Program-made: the position numbers and the translations under genes
Part shown: positions 1 to 10,400 of the stretch, piece after piece
How positions within the stretch are numbered: the first letter of the stretch is position 1
How the letters are laid out: every line of letters starts with the position of its first letter
Assembly: GCA_905178155.1 (NCBI GenBank)
Contig: CAJINV010000001.1
Span: 11,505,571-11,569,570 of the forward strand
Length of the DNA: 64,000 nucleotides
Source: Amoebophrya sp. A120
Taxonomy: Eukaryota > Protista > Dinoflagellata
Reading direction: 5' to 3'
The notes under the pieces: generated by a model
The model's database searches: none
Seen by the model: the letters and a program-made list of their open reading frames with translations, nothing else
What the model was told of the DNA's origin: nothing

Positions 1-2
1 AC

Positions 3-2927
3 AGTCACCAGGGCTTGGTCCCGACGACGCTGCTTCGACAGCTTCAGCTCACTGTAATCCCTCTTGATGCGGGATTCCATGGCAGGTATCTTCCTTGCGA
101 TAGATCGCGCTCCTGGATTTGCTTGTGTTCTTTCCGGCTCCTGGTCCATTTTGCCCGTAGTGGAGGTTGTGGTAGGTTTACATTTGTTCTCTGCAACATA
201 CAAGTCGTTTTCGTCATCATCGCTCTCAGCACCGGTTTGCTGCAGCCTGTGAGTATCGCTGCAAAAGTGACCAAGCACAACTGGCGCAACCGCGTCTCGC
301 AGCTCTCCCGGCCAAATGTGTCCGTCCCAATCCGCGAGAAGAGTCAATACATCTTTGCCTTGTGTAAGTGCTCGGAGCGTTCTGTACGCCTCCACACCAC
401 AGCCAAATAGATCACACTCTTTCAGCGAATATTTGTCGTCCTCTTCTTCCTCGTCACTGTCGTCAACCTCGGCACTTCCATCCCCAATCTCGTAATACAG
501 AATCCCGTCGAGCCAGTCGAGCCAAGGTTTGTCGTTGACGGTTGAATGCAGTAGGCCTTGCATTTTCCACGACACAAGGAACATAGCAAGTCGGTGACGC
601 AAAGTACTAGTAGTCGGCATCGCACTGGCGCTTGCGTCATCACCCCACCAGACTGTGTCCGCGGAAGTACTTTCCCCTGGTTCTTCCGCGTCGAAGGAAG
701 CATTTGCAATCAGGCAAGCAGGAACGCAAAAGTTGTAAAGCATAGCAACAGCGCCGTAGCGGAAATGTTGATGCTTTTTTCCGTCAGGCCCAAAAACGCC
801 AGGCATCTCCATCCGTTTGGTTACGTCATTACGGACAGGCTCGATGAAGTGGCTCCGTTTTGACGTCAGATCGTACGCATACTGGAGCATCTGCATGTAC
901 ACACACTCGTAGACACGGCATCGCCACGACCGGTAAACGTCCGCTTGCTTACCGGTAGTGTTCCTGGTGCTGACCTTCGAAGTCAGTGCCGGCTGCTCTT
1001 TGAGTGCCGGGGGGAGCATGACAGGACAAAGCCGCAGACCGTGTCGTCCCGCCATTGCCTTTCGCCCAACAGCATGATAACGGTACATGTACAGAATCGA
1101 AAATGCCCCGTCCAGAATCCCTAGTAGCGGCTGCCGCAACGGGTTGGTATGAGGGTAGAAATCAATAAACTCCCTGTGTTCATCACCCGGACGCTCCATT
1201 TCTCTCAGTAGCGGTAGCGGATATAGCAAATCCATGTGAGCGCTAAGGGTTCGTCCTAACACGTCCGCAGCTTTGAACGTCTTGTTTGTCTCCAGTCCGA
1301 AGGCGTGATTGAGAACTCTTTTGACAACCGCAGCTCCCAGGCGCGAACACCTCCCGTGGGGGCACAGGGAGTCCGCCAAGAATCCTGCATCACCGTCGTC
1401 GCGTCCTGTACTCCGATTCTTTTTCTTCGCTGTGCCGGGTCCCGCAGTAGCGCCCGACCCGACCACTATGGGATGGTGCTGGAGATATCTCGCGAAGAAG
1501 CTGCACAACCACGTGAGTTGCGTTCTCTCAAAAATGAAGGAAGTTCGAGTGTTTTCCGGGGTTACGATCGCCTTTCCACACTGTGTAACGAAGCCGTGAG
1601 AAGGGGCACCACACCCACATCGCCTCATGCCCCCGATTTCCGTTCTGAGTTTCTCCGCAATTTCGTCCCACCTGTCGTCGGGCACCAAGTTGCAGACGTC
1701 GTGAAAATTCTTCACGATTCGATAAAGCTCCTTGACCCGCGGCACCGGCGTGCTAGTTTCCTCTTGCAGCAAATCCTCGTAAGTACAAAAGCCGTGGACC
1801 GAGACCCTTCTTAGGTAATATCTCGCCGGTGTGTATCCCCCTTGTTGTGCCAGTGCAACAAGCTCAACAGCAAACACAGCAGCCAAGAGCCGAAACGCGC
1901 GTCCGCGGCTTACCTCGTCCCGCGTGGAAAAATAGTCGAGCAGAAATGTGAAAAACACAAATGTGCCTCTCTGCGACCTCGCAGTCATGCCGGAGTGGGT
2001 ATCCGAGTAATTATGGTTGTCTCTGCTGGGATCGAAGCCTTGTTCTCCGCTGTTGCCGCAGCGCCCCAGACGCAATTGCTCGCGGAACGAATGAAAAATG
2101 TTTGCGAGTAACTCCGCATAGCGACTATCAATTGCAGCCTTGTCGCTTCCTCTCCACCAAACGCCTTTCATCTTCTCCAAAAAATCAAAGAGCTTCTTCA
2201 GCAGCTGGGTGTGCTCCTCTGACCCAAAGTCAAACTGAGACGCACGGCTTTCCAGCGCACAGCTGTAGTACAATTGCAAATCCATCAGGGTCGCATGGTC
2301 CTCGCAAGAATTGTTGTCTCGCGGCCGTCCCGACAGCTTTGCGAATTTGCGCTCCTTGAAAAGAACGCGCTCCAGCAGGTCGAGGGCGCTTTTGGGGTCC
2401 CTGTCTGCGACGAAATTGTGGTATTGTGCCTCGACCTCGAGTATTTCTGAAACCAGCTTGTCTTGGCGTGCTTGTGCCCTTTTCTCATATTCGAGTAGTA
2501 ATCGCTCGTACTCTTCTCGTTCATCTGTGGCCAGCTCGGCCTCTGGCTGCGGTTTCCACGCCTTGAAACTCCTTTCTGACGAGCTTGTGAAGGTCGATAT
2601 AGTGAGAGCATTGAGCTTACCGGTGGTAATTGGGCGACGTAAAAGACTTGCAGCTCCACCGCCTGCGCAGGACCCAGCGTCAACGACAACTCCACTATTC
2701 GCCTGAGGTTGCTTCAGCAGAATCGGCTCACAGTGGAGCTTCTCGTGCTCTCGATTGATGTTGCGCGAAATCAGGAGCCACACGTTTACTCGAACTTTGT
2801 GATTGTGGACCGGGACTGGCTGCGTCGCTCGTTTCGGGTGTGTGAACTGGTGGTGAGATCCACGAGTCCGCGTGTGCTCATAACCCTCCTGGCGAAGGAA
2901 TTTCTCGATAGTCGTGAAGGGGATCAT
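3..2927 (-). CDS. HicA-like domain large protein, paralog B (3'-partial, runs off the window edge)
   Basis: ATG at 2927 reads MIPFTTIEKFLRQEGYEHTRTRGSHHQFTHPKRATQPVPVHNHKVRVNVWLLISRN. Hand-translated segments match the 3408..6959 protein (DHATLMDLQLYYSCALESRA; QRRRDQALVTV at positions 3-35). Absent from the ORF track, consistent with no in-frame stop inside the window. Confidence 0.85.
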   Translation of the reverse strand, partial: MIPFTTIEKFLRQEGYEHTRTRGSHHQFTHPKRATQPVPVHNHKVRVNVWLLISRNINREHEKLHCEPILLKQPQANSGVVVDAGSCAGGGAASLLRRPITTGKLNALTISTFTSSSERSFKAWKPQPEAELATDEREEYERLLLEYEKRAQARQDKLVSEILEVEAQYHNFVADRDPKSALDLLERVLFKERKFAKLSGRPRDNNSCEDHATLMDLQLYYSCALESRASQFDFGSEEHTQLLKKLFDFLEKMKGVWWRGSDKAAIDSRYAELLANIFHSFREQLRLGRCGNSGEQGFDPSRDNHNYSDTHSGMTARSQRGTFVFFTFLLDYFSTRDEVSRGRAFRLLAAVFAVELVALAQQGGYTPARYYLRRVSVHGFCTYEDLLQEETSTPVPRVKELYRIVKNFHDVCNLVPDDRWDEIAEKLRTEIGGMRRCGCGAPSHGFVTQCGKAIVTPENTRTSFIFERTQLTWLCSFFARYLQHHPIVVGSGATAGPGTAKKKNRSTGRDDGDAGFLADSLCPHGRCSRLGAAVVKRVLNHAFGLETNKTFKAADVLGRTLSAHMDLLYPLPLLREMERPGDEHREFIDFYPHTNPLRQPLLGILDGAFSILYMYRYHAVGRKAMAGRHGLRLCPVMLPPALKEQPALTSKVSTRNTTGKQADVYRSWRCRVYECVYMQMLQYAYDLTSKRSHFIEPVRNDVTKRMEMPGVFGPDGKKHQHFRYGAVAMLYNFCVPACLIANASFDAEEPGESTSADTVWWGDDASASAMPTTSTLRHRLAMFLVSWKMQGLLHSTVNDKPWLDWLDGILYYEIGDGSAEVDDSDEEEEDDKYSLKECDLFGCGVEAYRTLRALTQGKDVLTLLADWDGHIWPGELRDAVAPVVLGHFCSDTHRLQQTGAESDDDENDLYVAENKCKPTTTSTTGKMDQEPERTQANPGARSIARKIPAMESRIKRDYSELKLSKQRRRDQALVT

Positions 2928-3407
2928 TTTTCGATATTTTTATTTGTACTGGCCTGCAGAAGTAATTACAAGACCAAAATGGGCGATGAACCTACAGAAA
3001 AAGAAAAGCAATGCTTAAACTACGTTCTCATATTTGCAGCTCCCATCTGGTAGAATTAGTCTGGTAAGAAATAAGCGAAGGAGGCACGGTCTGAAAGACG
3101 CTCACATAATACCGCTGAAATCTGATTATAAAGTGAAGGATTATTTTGGATGATTGGAAGCATGATCGCAGCGACAGCAAGTTCGGAAGCAGAAGTTCGT
3201 AGACGACAAATAACCACAAAGCTTGAACTTCTCGGAAAAGTATTAAGTGTCTGTCGGTCTTCCTCGTGAAATTGATAAGTAGACAGAGAACGCGCCGGCA
3301 ATTCATCGTGTATTGCGGTGGCTGTAGCCTAGTTGTTCATAAAGGACAGCTTTTCATTAGGTCATACTTAACAAAAGGTCGGCTTTTATCTAAACAGCGC
3401 ATCTAGG

Positions 3408-6400
3408 TTAGTCCAAAGGCGGTATCTCCACCTCGAGCTTCGAAGCGATTAACCTCAAAGCCTCCGTGGTGTCCTTTTCGTTCTTCTTGAAAACCTGACG
3501 CCAGGCGGACCACAGGATTTCATACACATTTTCCAGCCCCATCACGTCAGTCAGGTAGAACCACACGGCCGGCGGTCGTGGGGTACTTTTGCCACCGGGC
3601 ATGTCCTGTGATGTGCTTTCGTCTTCCGCGAGGAGTGGCACCGCTTGCGGACACGGCTCCTCAGTTCCGCCCCCCTCTTCTGCCTGTAAGTGTGCGCCGT
3701 TTTCGCCTATGCTGCTCCGCGGAACTCGTTCAGAGCATTTATTTTCATGTCTCTGTTTCCGCTGGCGGCCGTAGACAGTGCTACGCACATCAACAAACTC
3801 GCGGTAATACTCTCCCGTGCAACATTGTTCCTGCAACGCCAACGTATCTTCAGAAGACCAAGATTGTAATAAATCGTACGGACGGCACTCGCCATGCATT
3901 TTCTCAAGCATGCTGATCGCAACCGGCTCGCAATCCTTCCAAAGCTCGAAGAAACGTCGAAGCCGATGGAAGTAGACCAAGTCGTCACCGCTGCTGCTTT
4001 TGTGCTGCAGCAACTGCACAAATTCTCGAAATTTTTGCCCGTACCCGGCGGAATCACGATTGCCACGGGAGACAAATTTTGCCGTTAGGCTTTTTATGCT
4101 AAGCTCGGACGCCTTGAAGAAAACTGTAACCAGGGCCTGGTCGCGTCGCCGCTGGCGGGGAAGTGCGAGACCGCTGTATTCCTTCAGTCGTGCGTCTAGA
4201 GCAGGAGACACTGAGACTTCCTCGTCATCCTTGTCTCCCCACAAAGTTGTCACGCCAACATCTGAGTTATTTTCGCTCTCGCTGTGGTGGTGCTCCTCTT
4301 CCGGAAAAAATGAACCCTTGTGAGCGCCAGTGGAAAGGTGACCCAGCACGACTGGCGCTACGGCCTCTCGCAGTTCTTGCACGGTGATAGTGCCCCGCCA
4401 TTCAATCAGGAACTGCATCATTTTTTCTCTCATGCAGCGCACCGTTCTGTAAGCAGAGATGCCCGAGCCGAACAGACCAGTTAGCTTCCATTCAACCGGA
4501 TACACAGTGTCGAGCACGGGCTCGGCGCTCGCGTCAATCTTGCCTCCTGTGCTTGTTCGATGCATATAGCGGGACTCGTTCCGCACAACGTCGTCGAGCC
4601 AATCGAACCACGATCGTCCGCAAACAGTCGAATTATGAAGGCCCTGCAACTTCCACGACAGTAGAAACATCGCGACTCGATAGCGCAATTCCTTCCTCAC
4701 AGCGTCGCCACCCCACCACATATTATCTAGGAAAAGTTGCTTTTCGGTTCCATCATCTCGTCCGAAGCAAAACAGTTCATCCGGGGCTAGAAGGCACGCC
4801 GACACGAAGAAGCTGTAAAGAAAACCGCATACTCCGTAACTGTACAGGTAGGAAGGCTTCCCGTCTTGTCGGAGCTCTCCTGGAATTTCCTCCTTCTTGG
4901 TGGACGGGTTCAGGATGGGACGAATCGAGTGGTCCCTTCGCGATGTCAGGTCGTGCATGTACTGCAGCATCAGCCTATAGACGCACTCGTACACGCAAGA
5001 CCGCCAAGCCTGAAACACTTCCGTGTGCTTTTTTGTCAACATCAAGCTTGATCCCTCTTTATCCACCGGTAAAATCATGGGCGGACACAGCCCACCTGCG
5101 TACCGGCTGCCCATTGCCTTCCTTCCTCCTGCGCAAAAGCGGTGCGCGTACAAAATGGACAGGGCGCCACGAAGAATTGGCTTTTGGACATCCTTCCACT
5201 GATTCGACGGAGTCCAAGGGTCCAGGAGAATGCCTGGCACGTCTTCCGCAGATTCACGCCCCCGCAGTAGCGAGCTCCCGCACAGCAGGTCCATATGATT
5301 GCTCAACGTTTTGCCGAGGACACTGGCCGCCTTGCGGGCCCTGATATTGCTTTCAGACCCGCAAACGACTCCCAGCAAATCTTGCACTACTAGCACCCCA
5401 AGTCTTTGACATCCTCCATGAGGACATAGGGCGTCAATCTCAAAGTCTGGATGCTCCCCGGAGAAGTACGCGAGGCGGGATGGTAGAGGCGCGCTGAGTA
5501 TACCGGATGCGGATACGCTCTCAAAATGATCCACGCATATTTCGAAAAACTTGGTTAGCCACGCAAGCTTTGTCTGTTCAAACTGAATTGCCGTCAAAGC
5601 CGTTCCGGGAGTTATTATCGCTTTTCCGGACGGGCTTACAGAGTGTCGGTGCGGCCTACCACATTCGCACCTACTTAAGCCTCCTAATTCGTCCGAGAGC
5701 TTCTCCGCAATCTCAGTCCAACGTTCCCGGCCAATGTTTTCCTCCTCTACTGAGTCAAAAGCATCACGAAAATTCCTTGCCATTCCGTGAAGCTTCTTGA
5801 TATTCCGCAACGTGTTTGGTTGACGGCTCGGGTCAAATCCGGTGTCCCGAACCTTGTTGAGGAGAGTCTTCGACGGACCGCGACCTTGCTGCGCTAACGC
5901 AACAAACTCAACTGCGAAAATGGATCCGAACTCTCTGAAAGCCCGCGCGCGGGGCGTTTTGCTCGATGTCGAAAAATGCTCCAAAAGGAAGTCGAAAAAG
6001 GCTACTGATCCCTTCTGCAGTCTGTGGTGAACGTCGCGGTCAGTCTGCTCAGTGTTGCCAGACAACTGGAGCTGCTCCTGCTCCACCACCTCTGTGTTAC
6101 GATTAAGCTTTAGCTGGTCTCGCAGTGATTCCAGAATGTTTGTTTGCAGTTCCGCGTGCCGCTTTTCCACCAAAGCTACTTCCTTGCTTCTCCACCACAC
6201 GCCTCGCATGTTATCCAAAAACTCGAACAGTTTTTTCAATGTGTCGGTTTGTGCCTTGGACCCAAAGTCCAGCTGCGCCGCGCGGCTTTCGAGCGCACAA
6301 CTGTAGTAAAGCTCGAGGTCCATCACTGTTGCGTGTTCCTCGCATGTCTCTGTTCGCCGCCGAGTGAATCTACAGAACCTCTTCTCCTTCAGGAGAACCT

Positions 6401-6959
6401 GCTCAAGCAGTGCGATCGCGCCGCAGGCATCGTTTTCGGCAATCAAACTGTGGTACTTCTCCTCCACCTCAAGCATTTCAGCAACGAGTTTCTCTTGTCG
6501 TGCCTCCGCCCGTCTTTCGTATTCAGTGAGGAGCCGCTCGTACTCCTCTTTCTCCTCAGTGGCGAGCTCGATTTCCGCTCGCGGCCTCCACACTCGCGGC
6601 GTGCTTTGCGGTGTACTCGCGACCGTCGATGGCGCGGCGGTAGACACAGGTGAAAGCGAAGGCCCTTCGCCTTCGGCACTCTGCTTAATAAATGGGCACG
6701 CTTCGCCCGCACCGGCGCAAGTGGCGTCATCTGTCCCTTCATCGAAAACTTTGCTGATCGGCTCACAGCTGATTTCGTCCTCACGATTCATGTTGCGCGA
6801 GATCAGGAGCCACACATTCACGCGAACTTTGTGGTTGTGGACCGGCACCGGCTGCGTCGCCCTTTTTGGGTGCGTAAACTGGTGGTGTGATCCACGAGTC
6901 CGTGTGTGCTCATAACCCTTCTGTCGAAGGAACTTTTCAATGGTAGTGAACGGAATCAT
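3408..6959 (-). CDS. HicA-like domain large protein, paralog A (~1183 aa, intronless)
   Basis: Long single ORF; ATG 6959 aligns with the paralog's ATG. First ~56 aa fit the HicA pattern (helix, G[FY]xxxRxxGSHxxFxHP, beta strand with VPxH, helix). A coiled-coil and an unrecognised helical region follow. Confidence 0.85.
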   Translation of the reverse strand: MIPFTTIEKFLRQKGYEHTRTRGSHHQFTHPKRATQPVPVHNHKVRVNVWLLISRNMNREDEISCEPISKVFDEGTDDATCAGAGEACPFIKQSAEGEGPSLSPVSTAAPSTVASTPQSTPRVWRPRAEIELATEEKEEYERLLTEYERRAEARQEKLVAEMLEVEEKYHSLIAENDACGAIALLEQVLLKEKRFCRFTRRRTETCEEHATVMDLELYYSCALESRAAQLDFGSKAQTDTLKKLFEFLDNMRGVWWRSKEVALVEKRHAELQTNILESLRDQLKLNRNTEVVEQEQLQLSGNTEQTDRDVHHRLQKGSVAFFDFLLEHFSTSSKTPRARAFREFGSIFAVEFVALAQQGRGPSKTLLNKVRDTGFDPSRQPNTLRNIKKLHGMARNFRDAFDSVEEENIGRERWTEIAEKLSDELGGLSRCECGRPHRHSVSPSGKAIITPGTALTAIQFEQTKLAWLTKFFEICVDHFESVSASGILSAPLPSRLAYFSGEHPDFEIDALCPHGGCQRLGVLVVQDLLGVVCGSESNIRARKAASVLGKTLSNHMDLLCGSSLLRGRESAEDVPGILLDPWTPSNQWKDVQKPILRGALSILYAHRFCAGGRKAMGSRYAGGLCPPMILPVDKEGSSLMLTKKHTEVFQAWRSCVYECVYRLMLQYMHDLTSRRDHSIRPILNPSTKKEEIPGELRQDGKPSYLYSYGVCGFLYSFFVSACLLAPDELFCFGRDDGTEKQLFLDNMWWGGDAVRKELRYRVAMFLLSWKLQGLHNSTVCGRSWFDWLDDVVRNESRYMHRTSTGGKIDASAEPVLDTVYPVEWKLTGLFGSGISAYRTVRCMREKMMQFLIEWRGTITVQELREAVAPVVLGHLSTGAHKGSFFPEEEHHHSESENNSDVGVTTLWGDKDDEEVSVSPALDARLKEYSGLALPRQRRRDQALVTVFFKASELSIKSLTAKFVSRGNRDSAGYGQKFREFVQLLQHKSSSGDDLVYFHRLRRFFELWKDCEPVAISMLEKMHGECRPYDLLQSWSSEDTLALQEQCCTGEYYREFVDVRSTVYGRQRKQRHENKCSERVPRSSIGENGAHLQAEEGGGTEEPCPQAVPLLAEDESTSQDMPGGKSTPRPPAVWFYLTDVMGLENVYEILWSAWRQVFKKNEKDTTEALRLIASKLEVEIPPLD

Positions 6960-7482
6960 TTTCGTTTGCGTTATGATCGTCAAACCACCGCGAAAAAGTC
7001 ACTCAGTAAAGGGAAAAACTAAATATGAAAAAAAGCAATCACACGTAGCCGATATCTTCAAATATGATATCTAAAAAGTCGATCATTTGTCATTCTCTCT
7101 ATCTATCATGAATGTCTATCTAAACAAGCACACAAAGAAAAAAACCGTCGCTGTCTCACAGCAGAAAAGTCGAAAGATACTTGTTTTGAAGCTTCATGCT
7201 TCTCGTGCGTGTTATAGAACGAAAACATCAAGGCACCTAGGTTGCTGCTGCAATCGGGCGAAATGAAACTCGCTCTGTTATGATGGAGATTTCTTTTTTT
7301 TTACATCCTTTCTTTATGTTTGTTGTTCTTCGACCATGATCTTGCATCCGTTCGTCGCTAGATGTAGAAAGATGTAGACGCAGTAGAGGTTGCGCACATA
7401 GTTCATTCCAGACGAGTCATCTTCAACATTGATGGTTCATTCGACATGACAGAAGCCACACAATATGAAACGCACCAAAATT

Positions 7483-10400
7483 TCAGCGAAAGAGCTGGCT
7501 CTTCATTTTCAAGATTTGCGACCAGTGCTCTGACGGCGCAATCTGCAGGTAATTGCCGAGGTTGCGTTTCCGGTGCTTGTTACCGGTTTTTCGGGTCGGA
7601 GCTCCCTCCGCATCGGTTTCATCCGTTTCCTCTTCCTCCTCTGACGGGCTCTCATCCTCCACCGCCGCCTCCGCCAGAATTTCTGGCTGCAACCGCAGAT
7701 CATTGTCCAGAATGGCAGCGAGATCCAGAGACAACTGTGGACCGGGGTTTTTCGCGGTCTTCTGCTGGTTACAGCGCCGAGAAAGGATTTTCAAAAGCTT
7801 CTCGCGGTTGAAAGCTTGCGGCTGCACCAGCTCGATGGTGTCATCGATCATGGGTGCCTTCACGTGCTCATCGAGCAAGTGGTCCACGCCGAGCGAAGGA
7901 CTGGAATTCACCTCGATCAACCAGCACTGCAGGTTCGCATCGAACATCAGATCGTAACCGAAAACTGAAAGGTTTTGGTTTGTTTGTTCGAATCATTTGA
8001 CTACACAACTTTGGCATACAACACAAGTGGGTCTGCATCCACTTCACAGTGATGTTTTACAGCACCGGAAATGGGTATGGAAAACGACACGACATATGAA
8101 CAAAATTCCATACTTTCGAAGGCATTCCTGTTCTCCTCCATGTGGTCTTTGGCGACACACAGTGATTTCAGGATGCAGTCCTGGATCTTGTGCCACACGA
8201 CGTCCCACTTGATGTGGATGCCCTCGAGGCGGTGTCGCAACGTTTTCAGGTCGATCTTCGTCCCGCCGAGTAGCGTGTCCCGCGTGCACTTCTGATTGTG
8301 CTCGTTCTGCCTCTGGATGCTGGTGTTTGTCAGGTGGATCAGCGTGGACAAATCTTCCAGCGTATACGGAACCGTCGCAAACCTCGCAAATCCCTCCTGG
8401 TACAGGTACGCGCACAACTCCGGTTGAAACGACGTGACCAGCACGTAGAGGCGCAAGTCCCACTTGTAGCCTTCTAAAAGTAACGGGTTCGACACATATT
8501 GCTGGATCACGGAGAGCTCGCCGTAACTGACGTCGCCTATGTCATCTAAAACGTAGATGCCTCGACCGCGCGAGCTCTTCGCTGGCTTCATGATCCAGTA
8601 ATTGGGCTTCAGCCGCTGTTTCAGCAGCTGTTGCACGGATTTCTTCTCGAAGGGTGCTGCGCTTTTTTCATTTTCCTTCTCCACTTCGGCGGTCACTTGG
8701 TCCTTGATTTCGCGATTTTTCTCGTCGGTCGCCGCATACGTCTGGCAAAACGCGACGTACTCTTTCGGTAGGATGAAGGTCTGCGGCATGATGCGAAACG
8801 CGTTGGCGGCCTGGTTGCTGGCGCAGGTCTGCTTCGTGTAGCGCTCGATGTTTCGCTTCAGGCGGTCTTTCCTCGTCAAATGCTTGTTGCCGGGAAAGTG
8901 GTTCACCTTTTGCCAGACCAGCAGCTTACTGTAGTCGATCTTCGGCTGCGACCACGTCCAAAGCAGGTTCCACATGAAGTTGGAGATCGTGGTCCCCAGC
9001 CCGTGCTTCAGCTCCTCCCAGTCCTGCTTGCGGTTGAGTGACCGGGTCACGATGTCGTACACCTCCTGGCGGGACTCGATCACCTTGTAATACCGCGTGC
9101 TGTAGTCGTACTTTAAGCTCTTCGGAATGGAAGGCTTCGCTGAACTTGAATTGTTCCCGCCCTGGTCCGCATTCTGGTTTTGATCCTTTTCGAGCCCGCC
9201 GAGAAAGACGTCGAGCTGCAGGCTGCGCTGAATTCTGGTTGTCGGAATCCGCGCTTTTGCGCTCTGCAATTTCGCCGCGATAGTGCTAGAAGTGGACCGG
9301 CTGTTGGCATTGCTCCCGTTTTTCTGCTTATTACTCGGCGCAGTTGCTGCGGTGAGCTCGCTGAAATGGTCTCTGTACGCTTCCTGCAGTTCCCGCATCA
9401 GTCGCGGGTAATACTCTTCGTCCTTCGGTGCACGGTAGAAATGCGAAAAAATACCAAAAAAATTGCCGTGGTAGTCCTTCGCAATCTCACTTGCAGTCGC
9501 GGCAGCAACTTGCTCCGGCGTGAGATCAAGCGTGTCCAAACCTCTGCTTGCTGCACCCGCGGCACCACCTGCTCTGGCTGGCTTACTTTTCTGCTTGCTT
9601 GCAGAGGACGTCGATGCGTGGTGCTTTCCACCACTTGGCGGCGGTTCCGCGGGTGGGGACGATTGAACCCCCGTGCTTGGTGTGGTGGCATTGCGCTGCT
9701 GTGGTCTCGTCCCCGGAAGCCCTTTTCCTTCTTTTGTTTCCTCAGGACCAGTTCTTGCGGAATCCGGCGGCGGTGAGGAGTCAGAAACTTTTTTATTGCC
9801 AGCACTATCTGCACTATCTTCCGCTGGACGCGGACTCTTCGACGCTGTTGGAGATGCGGTTCTTTGCGTGTCTTGCTCTTGGTGCAGTGATGTGCTACTG
9901 CATGTTTTTCCACTACTAGTCTCTAGACCAGAGGTAGCGCTCCCTTTTTGAGTTAGTGACTGTGGTGCTTTTGAAGATGCATTCCCTTCTTGTGCCTGTT
10001 CCGCCGCGGCGTTCCGCGCCTTTTCCTCCTTCAGCATGGCCATAATTCGTGCGCGACGGCTTTTCGGACTTTCTCTGGCCCGATCCTGCCACTCCAGTTC
10101 GTGGGTCGAGTCTTTGCTGCTTTTCCCCGACACGTTCTCATCGTGGCTCTGATGCCCGCTTCCTGGCATGGTCGCCATTACCTCGAACAACCGATTGCTG
10201 GAGCTGTATTTCCGCAGCAGCGCGTCGCGATCGTCCTTGTGGTCATCCTCTTGGGCCGGCTTTATTTCTACTTGCATCTTAATCGAGGACTCCGCCAACA
10301 GTTCGGTTCTTTCCCCGGTGTTGGGATGAACGTCTTCAACAGTTTCCTCTCCACAAGGTTTTGCATCTTCAACGCTTGCTTTTTCCTCGCCGTGTTTACT

